Source: Candidatus Kuenenbacteria bacterium CG08_land_8_20_14_0_20_37_23
GTDB taxonomy: Bacteria; Patescibacteriota; Patescibacteriia; UBA2196; GWA2-42-15
Reading direction: 5' to 3'
Assembly: GCA_002778965.1 (NCBI GenBank)
Contig: PEXX01000036.1
Span: 1 to 37,895 of the forward strand
DNA: 37,895 nt
Below are positions 17,651-27,313 of the stretch, piece by piece. The position numbers and the translations under genes were made by a program. Under the pieces are notes generated by a model. That model was not told the origin of the DNA. It saw only the letters and a program-made list of their open reading frames with translations, and made no database searches. Within the stretch, counting starts at the first letter, position 1. Every line of letters starts with the position of its first letter.

Positions 17651-18622
17651 TTACTTGCCCAATGAATGAAAACTCCGGTGAATATCTTTCAGCCTCTTAT
17701 TAGTCACATGAGTATAAACTTGCGTCGTGGTAATAGACGAGTGGCCGAGCATCTCCTGAATGGCGCGCAAATCAGCCCCTTGGGAAAGCAGATCGGTGGC
17801 GTAAGAATGGCGGATCGTATGCGGCGAAGTAAATAGCGGCAGGCCGGATAATTTCACATATTTTTTTATAATTCTTTCCACCGAGCGCGCTGTCAGGCGC
17901 GCGTTTTCTTGATCCAATTCTTTGTCGTTAACATTGGGACTCATGTTGATAAATAGGGGAGCATAGTTATCATGGCGCGCCTCAAGATATTTTTTGAGCC
18001 ATTCCATCGCCCGCTCCGAAATATAAACCGTTCTGATTTTTTTCCCTTTACCAATAATTGATAATTCCATATCCTTATTTTTAAGGTTTAGCTGTTCAAT
18101 ATTAAGCGACGTTAACTCTGATACCCGCAGTCCGGTAGAAAATAATACTTCCATCAGCGCCCGGTCACGTAAACCCGCGGCTGTTTTTATATCCGGCATC
18201 TCCAAAAGTCTTTCTACCTGTTCCAAGGTCAGAAATTTTATCTTATTATCAGCCTTGGCATCTTTCGGTAAATTAATTTTTTTAGCCGGCAAGCATTTGA
18301 TATCGCGATCAGTAAAGTAGTTGAGTAGCGCGCGCAAAGCGATCAGATAATAATTTTGCGTTGTTTTTTTTAGCAGGTCCCCGGTACTAGATGACCTGGC
18401 CCGGGATAAAAAAATCTTGTAGGCCCAAATATCGTCTGCGGTTAATTCAGCCGGCCTCAAATCATCCTTGGCCTTGCTATGCAAAAATTCCAAAAATTTA
18501 TTCAGGAACATGCGATAATTCTCCTGGGTTTTATTAGATAAACCCTTTTCCACCTCGCAATATTCCAAAAAATCAGTTATGCGCGCCTTAATAGATTTAG
18601 CGGTTGATTGTTGCATAAACAT
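17651..18622 (-). CDS. Tyrosine recombinase, XerC/XerD family
   Basis: RDRALMEVLFSTGLRVSEL, GKGKKIR, HTIRHSYAT, LGHSSITTTQVYTH: the R-K-H-R-H-Y catalytic set. No IntI-specific insertion. Confidence 0.95.
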   Translation of the reverse strand: MFMQQSTAKSIKARITDFLEYCEVEKGLSNKTQENYRMFLNKFLEFLHSKAKDDLRPAELTADDIWAYKIFLSRARSSSTGDLLKKTTQNYYLIALRALLNYFTDRDIKCLPAKKINLPKDAKADNKIKFLTLEQVERLLEMPDIKTAAGLRDRALMEVLFSTGLRVSELTSLNIEQLNLKNKDMELSIIGKGKKIRTVYISERAMEWLKKYLEARHDNYAPLFINMSPNVNDKELDQENARLTARSVERIIKKYVKLSGLPLFTSPHTIRHSYATDLLSQGADLRAIQEMLGHSSITTTQVYTHVTNKRLKDIHRSFHSLGK

Positions 18623-18728
18623 TATATTTTTATATTATTTATTGTTTTATTTTTATCCTGCTAATTTATTAAAATAACACATTTATTCACCCTATTTTAA
18701 CCCATCCCCAGAAAGAACCCCATTATTA

Positions 18729-18756
18729 TAGTCGTTTAACTTATATTATACGACAT
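18729..18756. promoter_or_regulatory. dif-like Xer recombination/binding site
   Basis: TAGTCGTTTAA-CTTATA-TTATACGACAT: 11-6-11 layout with inner TAA/TTA and near-symmetric arms, about 105 nt upstream of xer. Confidence 0.65.
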
Positions 18757-18787
18757 TAGATTACATTTGCAAAATTAGTTATCCACA
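18745..18787 (-). promoter_or_regulatory. Predicted xer promoter with an upstream DnaA box
   Basis: TTGCAA-N16-TATAAT (18772-18745); TTATCCACA at 18779-18787. Confidence 0.5.
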
Positions 18788-19025
18788 ATCCCCTTTTAAA
18801 TAAACCTAAAATCACAAATTCTAATTTCTGATGGTTTTGTTTCAAGAAAAATCAAACCGGTATTCTAAAACCACTAGAATCAAAACACTAAAATATTTTA
18901 TTCTGAATTTAAAGAATATCTTAAAATTTTAAATTTACAAATTTTAAATTTTCCCAATTATTTCCATTGATGGTTTATATAAAATCCCCTCTGCCCCATT
19001 TTCTAGCCGATTCCTGTATTTTAAA

Positions 19026-20327
19026 TTAATCATTTTCCAATTTTATATCGGCTCCTATCTCGCGCAAACGTTCTTCTAATTTTTCATAACCCCTATGAAT
19101 AGGATAAACATTTCTCAATATTGATTTTCCGTGAGCGGCAAGCATAGCCACGAGAATTATCGCCGCCGGTCGTAAAGCCGGCGGACAAATCATCTCCGCG
19201 CCTGTCAATTTGGTTTTGCCCTCGACTACCACTCGATGCGGATCCATAAGCGTAATATTCGCACCCAATCTATTTAATTCCGAATAGTAAATCGCTCTAT
19301 TTTCATATGTCCAATCATGAATCAATGTCTTGCCTTGAGTTTGTGTGGCAATCGGCACAAAAAAAGGCAAATTATCCTGATTAATCCCCGGAAAAGGCAT
19401 CGCGTGAATTTTGTCTTCCAGGGCCTTGAGTTTTGACGGCTCAATCAAAATATCCGCCAATTCTGTGTGTTTATTTTTGGCTAAATATTTTTTTATTATT
19501 TTATAACGCAAACCCATTTTTTCCAGTTTCAAAAGCTCCAGTTCCAAAAACTGAATCGGGCATCGGAGGATGGTCACTTTGGAATTAGTAGTTACTGCGA
19601 GCGACAAAAAAAGCATTGCCTCAATCGGATCCTCACTGATTTCATATTTAATATTTTTATTAAATTCCTTTTTGCCGGCCACTTCTATTGTTGCCGCCCC
19701 GGTCCATTTGATTTTAACTCCCAACTTCTCCAAAAAATAACACAGGTCCTGAATCATATAATTAGCGCTGGCCATTTTGATAATACTTTTCCCCGGACAT
19801 TGCGCAGCAGCGAGTAAAGCATTTTCCGTCACCGTATCCCCTGTTTCGTACAATACAACCTGTGCCTTGTGTAATTTTTTAGAATCCACAATATATTTAT
19901 TTTTTTTGGTTTTAATATTCACTCCGAACTTTTCCATAGCAAAAATATGAGGTTTAATAGTCCTTGATCCAATTTTGCATCCGCCAGCTTGAGTTATTGC
20001 GAAATTATTCAAGCGGCCTGCCAATGCGCCAATTGTTAAAATTATGCTTCTTGTCTTCTGCGCTGAAACATTGTTGATATGTGACAAATCAATTCTTTTT
20101 GGCGGATATATTATTATGGTTCTTTTGTAACGTATAATTTTCACTCCGACGCTTTCTAAAACTTCCGCTAATCTGTTAATCTCTTCAATTTGGGGTACAT
20201 TTTTTAATGTTGTCACTCCCCTATTTATTAATGAACCGAAAAGCACTGCGACGCTAGCATTTTTTGAGCCATTAACTATTACCTCTCCTCTCAATTTTTT
20301 AGCGCCGTTAATAATGAATTTAGACAT
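19026..20327 (-). CDS. murA: UDP-N-acetylglucosamine 1-carboxyvinyltransferase
   Basis: GSKNA, GGCKIGSR (active-site Cys), PFPG, YENR, IHRGYE. ATG at 20327. Confidence 0.93.
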   Translation of the reverse strand: MSKFIINGAKKLRGEVIVNGSKNASVAVLFGSLINRGVTTLKNVPQIEEINRLAEVLESVGVKIIRYKRTIIIYPPKRIDLSHINNVSAQKTRSIILTIGALAGRLNNFAITQAGGCKIGSRTIKPHIFAMEKFGVNIKTKKNKYIVDSKKLHKAQVVLYETGDTVTENALLAAAQCPGKSIIKMASANYMIQDLCYFLEKLGVKIKWTGAATIEVAGKKEFNKNIKYEISEDPIEAMLFLSLAVTTNSKVTILRCPIQFLELELLKLEKMGLRYKIIKKYLAKNKHTELADILIEPSKLKALEDKIHAMPFPGINQDNLPFFVPIATQTQGKTLIHDWTYENRAIYYSELNRLGANITLMDPHRVVVEGKTKLTGAEMICPPALRPAAIILVAMLAAHGKSILRNVYPIHRGYEKLEERLREIGADIKLEND

Positions 20328-20372
20328 AAAAATAAATTTACCAGAGAACAATAATGACAATAATAACTTATT

Positions 20373-20398
20373 ATGTTAATCTGAATTCAGATTAACAT
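20373..20398. promoter_or_regulatory. Perfect 26-bp palindrome between divergent genes (candidate operator)
   Basis: ATGTTAATCTGAA|TTCAGATTAACAT. Confidence 0.55.
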
Positions 20399-20421
20399 TT
20401 TTTTGTCAATTTATCAATCCA

Positions 20422-21768
20422 ATGACTCTTTTCCACCGCCGCATAATATATATTATATTTTTTATTATTTTTTCTACAGCCGCGCCAATTATTGTTTTTT
20501 ATTCATCGGGCTATAGATATAATTTTAAAAAAAATAATTGGCAGAAAACCGGTCTGATTTTTCTTGAAACAAAACCAAAAGAAGTAAACGTATATTTGAA
20601 TGGAAAAAAAATAGACCAGTACTCGCCTATCCATATAAAAAATCTTCTGCCGAATGAATATACAATCATTCTCACGAAACCGGGCTACGCCCAATGGAAA
20701 AAAAATATCAGCGTCTATGCTGGTGAGTCAACTACCATTCAATATGTCAGGCTTTTCAAAGATAGTCCATTTCCGCGCATGATCGTCAATGGCGATATTA
20801 ACCAAGCTATTTTTAATGAAAATAAAACGAAAATAGCCTATATCAAAAAAAACGAAGCCATAAATAATATCTATGTTCTTAATATAAGCGATAATTCTAG
20901 CCGACACATATATTCAACGAAAGAAGACATAGTAAAATTGGCTTTCGTTAACAACAAACTTGCTGTCTATCTGAAAAATAATATTTTGATTATAGACGCT
21001 CTTGATCCAGCCACATTTTTAAATTTCTCTGAACTTTCAAACGTCTATACAGCCGCAAATATAAAAATCGATCCTAACAATACGAATTATATATATTATT
21101 TAAGAGACGGATATCTGATGGGATTTAATTTGATAACGCGCGTCAATCAAACTTTTGATATTTCTAATACCAGAATAATTGATTATTTTGTAGCATACGG
21201 AAAAATTTATTTTTTGAATAATGAATCTCTGAATAAGATAATGCTCAAAAAAGCCAGTCTTGAAAATGTTGACGAAAAAATAAATATTACGACTTTTGAC
21301 AGCTCAAACGGTTATTCAATCATAGAAATTAAAGATAATCTCATCGTTGTTCAAAATAATACAAAGCAAGATTTAATACTTTTTGACGAAACTAGCGGTC
21401 AAAAAGAAATCATAAAAAATATCACTGATTATGAATTAAGTTCAGATGGCAATAAATTGCTTTTCTATAACACTCTTGGACTTTTGTCGTATGACAGACT
21501 CAAAAACAATGATAAATATACTCTTTTCGCGAGAACTGCTGAACAGATCACGGCTAGCGCCTGGTATTCCGTTGACACACACCTGTTGTATATCATCAAC
21601 GGCACAACGCTCAAAATTACGGAGAATTTATATGCAAATCGTTTGACTTATGACTTGATAAAGCTTGATAATATCAGAAATATTTTAACTGACAAAAAAG
21701 GCGACGAAATATATTTTATCGCTCAAATTGGCAATCAACGTGGGCTTTACAGAATTGAAATAGAGTAG
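20422..21768 (+). CDS. Membrane-anchored PEGA domain protein with probable beta-propeller
   Basis: N-terminal TM helix, YSSGYRY, TGLIFLETKP..VYLNG, LTKPGYAQW. Confidence 0.8.
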   Translation: MTLFHRRIIYIIFFIIFSTAAPIIVFYSSGYRYNFKKNNWQKTGLIFLETKPKEVNVYLNGKKIDQYSPIHIKNLLPNEYTIILTKPGYAQWKKNISVYAGESTTIQYVRLFKDSPFPRMIVNGDINQAIFNENKTKIAYIKKNEAINNIYVLNISDNSSRHIYSTKEDIVKLAFVNNKLAVYLKNNILIIDALDPATFLNFSELSNVYTAANIKIDPNNTNYIYYLRDGYLMGFNLITRVNQTFDISNTRIIDYFVAYGKIYFLNNESLNKIMLKKASLENVDEKINITTFDSSNGYSIIEIKDNLIVVQNNTKQDLILFDETSGQKEIIKNITDYELSSDGNKLLFYNTLGLLSYDRLKNNDKYTLFARTAEQITASAWYSVDTHLLYIINGTTLKITENLYANRLTYDLIKLDNIRNILTDKKGDEIYFIAQIGNQRGLYRIEIE

Positions 21769-21770
21769 TC

Positions 21771-22493
21771 TCATTTCAATTCATTCCGCAATTTTTCTTT
21801 TGCTAAAATCTGCGCTTGTAAAAGGCTCTCAAACGTCCCAGCGTCAATCCATTCTTTTTTAATCTCTGCAATCTGGAGTTCGCCTTTATCCATATACCAT
21901 TTATGCACATCTACTATTTCAGTTTCCGCGCGCGCGCTTGGCTTCAATTTTTTGGCAATCTCAACAACTCTGTTATCATAAATATAAAGTCCTGTAATGC
22001 ACAAATCGCTCTTTGGGTGTATCGGTTTTTCTTCAATTGAAATTGCTTTCATATTTTCATCAACTTCCACAACGGCAAATCTATTTGCGTCCGCGACTTT
22101 TTTGACAAAAATTTTTGCGCCAGATTGAAAATTTTTAATATCTTCGCTAAGATCATCTTCAAAAATATTATCACCCAGAATCATTACTGCGTTTTCCTTG
22201 TCAATAAAATTCCCGCCAATAATAAAAGCTTCGGGCAAACCAGTTGGCTTGTCCTGTATTTCATAAGTAAACCGTGCGCCAAACCGTCTGCCGCTGCCCA
22301 GAAGATTCAGATAATCTCCTGCCCTTTCCGGCGCAACAATAATTAAAATTTCTTTGATATCTGCTTTCAGTAAAGTATTTAAAGGATAATAAATCATCGG
22401 TTTGTTATAAACCGGTAAAAGTTGTTTGCTGGTAACTGTTGTCAGCGGTTTTAGGCGAGTGCCCGAACCGCCTGATAAAATAATTCCTCTCAT
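21771..22493 (-). CDS. rmlA: Glucose-1-phosphate thymidylyltransferase (short form)
   Basis: GIILSGGSGTRLKPLT, SKQLLPVYNKPMIYYPL, LGDNIF, WIDAGT. Confidence 0.88.
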   Translation of the reverse strand: MRGIILSGGSGTRLKPLTTVTSKQLLPVYNKPMIYYPLNTLLKADIKEILIIVAPERAGDYLNLLGSGRRFGARFTYEIQDKPTGLPEAFIIGGNFIDKENAVMILGDNIFEDDLSEDIKNFQSGAKIFVKKVADANRFAVVEVDENMKAISIEEKPIHPKSDLCITGLYIYDNRVVEIAKKLKPSARAETEIVDVHKWYMDKGELQIAEIKKEWIDAGTFESLLQAQILAKEKLRNELK

Positions 22494-22579
22494 AATTTGA
22501 ACCAAGCGAAAACTGATAAAAAATAAAAAATCATTGAATTTTCGACTTGTATTTATAATATTAAACTATAATTATAATT

Positions 22580-24733
22580 ATGCCAATAGTAAACCCTAAA
22601 AAACGCCGATTTTACTCTTTTTTCATTTTTCTGGTAATATCTCTGCTTTTGAACTTTGTTGGCCCGCAAAACGCCATTTTGGGCCTGATACTCGGCATTT
22701 TATGGTTGATTTGGGCATCAAAAATTATTGGTAACCGCTTTTTTCCCGGTGAACAGCACATTTTGCAATTTACGGCCGGACTCGCCTTTTTATTGATTGT
22801 CATTATTCTTATATCATTACTCTTTTTTTATTTCATCAATTTTCAAACATTATCAATAGTCTCAATCTTTATTATTGTTTCTTCAGTTTGTTTTTTATTT
22901 GATTATTATAAAAAATCGAACTCTAGGGGACTTTTTGCCAGTGCTTTTAAAATATTTTGCATCCTTAAGTGCTTCAGCTTAAAAGGGATGTTCGCTAAAG
23001 TATGTCTTGCCGCAACTTATCTCATTCTTTATCTTATTTCTTTCGCTTATCTTTTCTCCTATTCAACATCCAATAGTTTGCTTTCTCCATGGGAAATTTT
23101 GCCTAAAAAATTTTTCATCATATATTTTTTGCTTAATATAACCCTATTCGCCATAATATTACGCAAAGATAAATCAAACTGCAAAGTACCAAATGCGCGC
23201 TATCCACGACTTGAAATAATATTCCTCTCTTTGCATTTCTTTCTCGCTTGCTCAATAGCAGTAATCATCTATAAAATCGGTTTTGGTTTTGATCCATTTG
23301 TCCATCGTGCCTCTGAAAACGCTCTGGCGAATCTCGGCTATCTTATGCCAAGACCTCTCTATTATATCGGCCAATATGCGTTAGTTGTTTTTTTATCAAA
23401 AATTCTTTTTATAAAAATTATTGCGATTGATAAACTTCTAGTGCCTTTATTGGCCTCTCTGCTACTGCCGGCGAGCGTATTTTACTCAATCAATAAAATA
23501 TTTAAAAACAAAAAATTAATTATCCTTATTACTGCTTGCTGTTTGCCGCTGACAGCTTACTGTTTTTTTTATACTGTCCCGCAATCCTTGGCCAATCTTT
23601 TATTGCTCATTCTAATTCTCATGTCTATTCCATATTTTATTAATAATGGAAAATTGCCCTGCAACCTATGGTTAATAGCTCTTGCCACAATGTTTATCCA
23701 TCCTCTTGCCGGGATACCGGCATTCATTTATCTTGGATTTATTGTTTTATGGTCCAATAATTTTATGGTTTTGCGATTTTATGGTTCAATTATTTTTTCC
23801 TTGCTGGCTGGAATCGCAATACCATTATTTTTCTTTTTTGCCTCTATTATCTCGTCTGATTTTAATATAGTCTTCCAATTATCAAACATCTCAAGCGTCT
23901 TCAATATTTTTGACGCGCCGCGATATCTGCCATTTTACTCAATCTACCACTTAATCTATCTGTACAAATTTAATATAGGGATTTTGCTTATATTGATTTT
24001 CATCGTTGGTTCATATTTTCTATATAAAAAAAATAAAACTAAATTTCTAGCCGCTAATTACTGTTTACTCACAATTTTATTTGCTAATCTGATAATTCTC
24101 TCGCTCATCCAGTTCAATTCAATTATTGATTATGAGCAGCGCGAATTTGCAAAACGTTTGCTTTATGTAATCTTCTTCTTTTCTTTGCCGATTATTTTAT
24201 CAGGTATATATTCTATTTCATTAAAAATTTTACAATTTAAAAAAGGCAATCTGCTTTTGATAATATTAATCTCCGCAATCAATGTAATAACGCTTTATAT
24301 ATCTTATCCGGTCGTGGACGCTTTCGAAAAAAATCGTGGCTATTCGGTTTCACACTATGACATTCAGGCCGTTAATTGGATAAATGAAGATTCTACTGAT
24401 AAAGACTATATAGTCCTCGCAAATCAATCAACTTCCGCCGCCGCTTTGCAGGAATTTGGTTTTAAAAAATATTATAATTCAAAAATTCAAAATTTATTTT
24501 ATTATCCAATCCCAACCTCTTCTCCGCTGTATGACATTTATCTAAAAATGGTTTATGATGAACCAAAATTAAAATATATCAACACAGCCCGCGAACTGAC
24601 TGGTGTTAAAACAGTTTACTTCGTAATCAACGATTATTGGCTGGATTTTAAAAAACGCGTTGAACAGGCCGAGCTAATCGCGAACCGCATAAAAAATATC
24701 AACAATAAAATTTGGGTTTTTAAATTTGAGTAA
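22580..24733 (+). CDS. Polytopic membrane protein, possibly a GT-C-type glycosyltransferase
   Basis: More than 15 TM helices, GFDPFVH loop, soluble C-terminal domain. Function is inferred. Confidence 0.6.
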   Translation: MPIVNPKKRRFYSFFIFLVISLLLNFVGPQNAILGLILGILWLIWASKIIGNRFFPGEQHILQFTAGLAFLLIVIILISLLFFYFINFQTLSIVSIFIIVSSVCFLFDYYKKSNSRGLFASAFKIFCILKCFSLKGMFAKVCLAATYLILYLISFAYLFSYSTSNSLLSPWEILPKKFFIIYFLLNITLFAIILRKDKSNCKVPNARYPRLEIIFLSLHFFLACSIAVIIYKIGFGFDPFVHRASENALANLGYLMPRPLYYIGQYALVVFLSKILFIKIIAIDKLLVPLLASLLLPASVFYSINKIFKNKKLIILITACCLPLTAYCFFYTVPQSLANLLLLILILMSIPYFINNGKLPCNLWLIALATMFIHPLAGIPAFIYLGFIVLWSNNFMVLRFYGSIIFSLLAGIAIPLFFFFASIISSDFNIVFQLSNISSVFNIFDAPRYLPFYSIYHLIYLYKFNIGILLILIFIVGSYFLYKKNKTKFLAANYCLLTILFANLIILSLIQFNSIIDYEQREFAKRLLYVIFFFSLPIILSGIYSISLKILQFKKGNLLLIILISAINVITLYISYPVVDAFEKNRGYSVSHYDIQAVNWINEDSTDKDYIVLANQSTSAAALQEFGFKKYYNSKIQNLFYYPIPTSSPLYDIYLKMVYDEPKLKYINTARELTGVKTVYFVINDYWLDFKKRVEQAELIANRIKNINNKIWVFKFE

Positions 24734-24757
24734 AATATATAATTCAATTTACCGGAC

Positions 24758-26005
24758 TTACTCATATCTCAAAGCTTCAATAGGATCCAGCCCAGCAGCT
24801 TTTTTTGCCGGATATATACCGAAAAGAAGACCGACAAAAATCATAAACGTAAAAGAAATCATCATGCCCCTGATTGATACCACAAAATCAAGGTCAATTC
24901 CTTGCGCTTGCGCTATTATGGACGCCAACCAAGAAAAAATAATGCCCAAAAGCACACCCACGACCCCGCCAGTAGAAGTTATAAGCACGGCCTCTCCTAA
25001 AAATTGCCATAAAATATCCGAATTTCTCGCTCCAACTGATTTGCGCAAGCCTATCTCATATGTGCGCTCCAATACTGACACATACATAATATTCATAATT
25101 CCAACTCCGCCGACAATGAGGGATATCCCAGCAATGGCCACTAAAAATAAAGTTATTCCATTTAAAATTGTTGAGAGCATATTCATTGCCTCAGCTGAAG
25201 TAATTACGGCAAAATCATCTTTATTTGGATTGGTAATACCATGCGCTTCTCTCATTATTTCCGTTATTTCAACGGCTGTTTGATCGGCTTTTTTCGTATC
25301 AATTATTGAAGCCATAATAAACGATACATGGTCAATTCCCATTATTTTTTTTTGCAATGTCTTCAAAGGCACAATCAGCATGGAATCCATATCAAAAAAA
25401 GTGCCTCCTCCGATTTTTTCGCGCACCCCTACAACTCTGAATTTTGATTGGCCGATCTTAATTTTTTTGCCCAACGCGTCATTAGCGCCGAAAAGATCCT
25501 CCTTGATTGAATGTCCGAGAATTACAACCTGCGCGAGAGAATTATCCTCATCATCAGTAAATTCACGACCATACTCAATATCAGTTTTGTCAATCACGAA
25601 GAATCCGCTTGACGCTCCCCATAACATACAGACTTTATTTTCATCTTCGTAAGACGCGATCTCCTGCCCCATAACCGCTGAATATACTTCGCTTACGTTA
25701 GGATTTTTTTTAATATCCATAGCCTCTTTGTGTTTTAAAGTTGTGATAGTTACTCCCTGCGCCATACTGCCGGCGTTAGCGGTTGACGCTTGTTTGGTTG
25801 ACGGAACCTTAACCTCAATTTCAATATAGTCAGTACCAAAAACTTCAACCTGCTTTTGGATAAAATTTTTAAGTCCCTGCCCAGTGTTGATAATCACAAT
25901 CACTGAAGTAATGCCAATTATAATGCCCAAAACAGATAACAACGTCCTTATCCGTTGCGTTTGAAAAATTTTTATTGATATTTTAATGTTGCGTAAAAAA
26001 GTCAT
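24758..26005 (-). CDS. MacB/FtsX-type ABC permease
   Basis: RTLLSVLGIIIG, VGGVGIMNIM, ERTYEIGLRKSVGA, YPAKKAAGLDPIEALRYE. Confidence 0.93.
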   Translation of the reverse strand: MTFLRNIKISIKIFQTQRIRTLLSVLGIIIGITSVIVIINTGQGLKNFIQKQVEVFGTDYIEIEVKVPSTKQASTANAGSMAQGVTITTLKHKEAMDIKKNPNVSEVYSAVMGQEIASYEDENKVCMLWGASSGFFVIDKTDIEYGREFTDDEDNSLAQVVILGHSIKEDLFGANDALGKKIKIGQSKFRVVGVREKIGGGTFFDMDSMLIVPLKTLQKKIMGIDHVSFIMASIIDTKKADQTAVEITEIMREAHGITNPNKDDFAVITSAEAMNMLSTILNGITLFLVAIAGISLIVGGVGIMNIMYVSVLERTYEIGLRKSVGARNSDILWQFLGEAVLITSTGGVVGVLLGIIFSWLASIIAQAQGIDLDFVVSIRGMMISFTFMIFVGLLFGIYPAKKAAGLDPIEALRYE

Positions 26006-26031
26006 GACAAAATTCTTAAATTTAGTTTAAA

Positions 26032-27264
26032 TCACTCCGCGCTCAATGCCTCTATTGGCTCCATTTTAGCGGCTTTGGCAGCCGGATAAGAGCCAAAAAT
26101 AAGACCTACTGCCGCTGAAACTCCAAGCCCAAGAAATATTGAGGAAATGGTTATTACAAAATCCCACTTATAGCCGATTTGCTTAGCAATCGTAGCTATA
26201 AGCCACGACAAGATGCTGCCGCTAATGATTCCAATTATTCCGCCAAAAACAGTTATTGTTAAAGATTCAATTAAAAACTGTTTTAAGATATTCATTCGCG
26301 TTGCCCCAACCGCCTTGCGCAAACCAATCTCTTTTGTCCTTTCCGTAATATTAACAAGCATAATATTCATTATGCCGACACCTCCGACCAGAAGCGATAT
26401 GGCTGCAATTCCTGCAAGAAAAAACCGCAAAGCGTTTGTTACGGAAGTCAAAACATCCAGGGCCTGATCAAGAGAACGCACTGAAAAATCATCTTGCGCG
26501 GCATTAGATATATTATGGTTCTCTCGAACGACCGCCTCTATCTCTCCTGTCATCATATCAATATTCGCATTATCTTCGAACTTGCCGCGAATAAGAGACA
26601 CGTGATTTATGCCTAGAAGGATCTTCTGCGCGGTTTTAATCGGTATAAATACTTGTGTATCTTTATTTTCAAATGCCACTGTGCCTCTTTTTCCCATTAC
26701 GCCAATTACACGAAAATTTTGTTTTTTAATTTTTAGAATCTCGCCTATTGCTTGTCCATCTCCGAACAAATCTTGCTTAATAGCGTCGCCAATCACCACG
26801 ACGCGCGACAGATTTTTTGATTCATTATCATCAAAAAATCTGCCTTCAGCCACGGCGGCGTCTTCTATGATAAGCATCGCAGGCGTTGTTCCAACATATG
26901 TTATATCAACTTTTTGACTGTCGAAAACAGCGCTGTCCACTCCGCGCACATAAGCTGTTGCGGCTATAACTCCAGGAACCTTGTTGATATCTTCAAGCTC
27001 GTCTAGCTTCAATGTCGTAACTGTTATGCCCATTACTGAAGCCGGCGGACCATTTTCGTCAGCCGCGCCAGGAGTTATACCAAAAAGATTAGAGCCAAAA
27101 CTAGATATTTCATTTACCAAAAGACTTTGCGCGCCTGCGCCAACTGACATGATAACAATTACCGAACCAACGCCGATAATAATGCCAAGTATTGTCAAAA
27201 ATGCGCGTTTTTTGTTAGCGCGCAGACAGTTTAAAGATAATTTAACACTTGATAAAAAATTCAT
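26032..27264 (-). CDS. MacB/FtsX-type ABC permease (paralogue)
   Basis: RAFLTILGIIIG, VGGVGIMNIM, ERTKEIGLRKAVGA, YPAAKAAKMEPIEAL. Confidence 0.93.
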   Translation of the reverse strand: MNFLSSVKLSLNCLRANKKRAFLTILGIIIGVGSVIVIMSVGAGAQSLLVNEISSFGSNLFGITPGAADENGPPASVMGITVTTLKLDELEDINKVPGVIAATAYVRGVDSAVFDSQKVDITYVGTTPAMLIIEDAAVAEGRFFDDNESKNLSRVVVIGDAIKQDLFGDGQAIGEILKIKKQNFRVIGVMGKRGTVAFENKDTQVFIPIKTAQKILLGINHVSLIRGKFEDNANIDMMTGEIEAVVRENHNISNAAQDDFSVRSLDQALDVLTSVTNALRFFLAGIAAISLLVGGVGIMNIMLVNITERTKEIGLRKAVGATRMNILKQFLIESLTITVFGGIIGIISGSILSWLIATIAKQIGYKWDFVITISSIFLGLGVSAAVGLIFGSYPAAKAAKMEPIEALSAE

Positions 27265-27276
27265 TTTATAAACAAT

Positions 27277-27306
27277 AGAATTCCATTTGGCAAAAAATGG
27301 AATTCT
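27277..27306. other. Intra-operon hairpin
   Basis: Perfect 12-bp stem AGAATTCCATTT-N6-AAATGGAATTCT between the ATPase and permease genes. Confidence 0.6.
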
Positions 27307-27313
27307 TTCATTT

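Noticed and set aside
16496..18622. Classical integron (IntI plus attC)
   Set aside because: The recombinase lacks the IntI-specific insertion. The palindromes read GCCTAAAC/GTTTAGGC rather than RYYYAAC/GTTRRRY, lack extrahelical bases and are shorter than attC sites.
18795..18955. AAATT-rich quasi-repeats (also near 10600 and 29705)
   Set aside because: Low-complexity AT-rich intergenic sequence; no defined unit or spacer structure can be supported.
17514..18960. Replication origin
   Set aside because: Only two DnaA boxes 1.3 kb apart, no dnaA or dnaN nearby, and the genes converge rather than diverge.
20354..20381. Second dif site (TTATGTTAATC resembles the E. coli XerD arm)
   Set aside because: The spacer to the nearest TAA is 4 or 7 nt rather than 6, and the arm is half of a longer palindrome.
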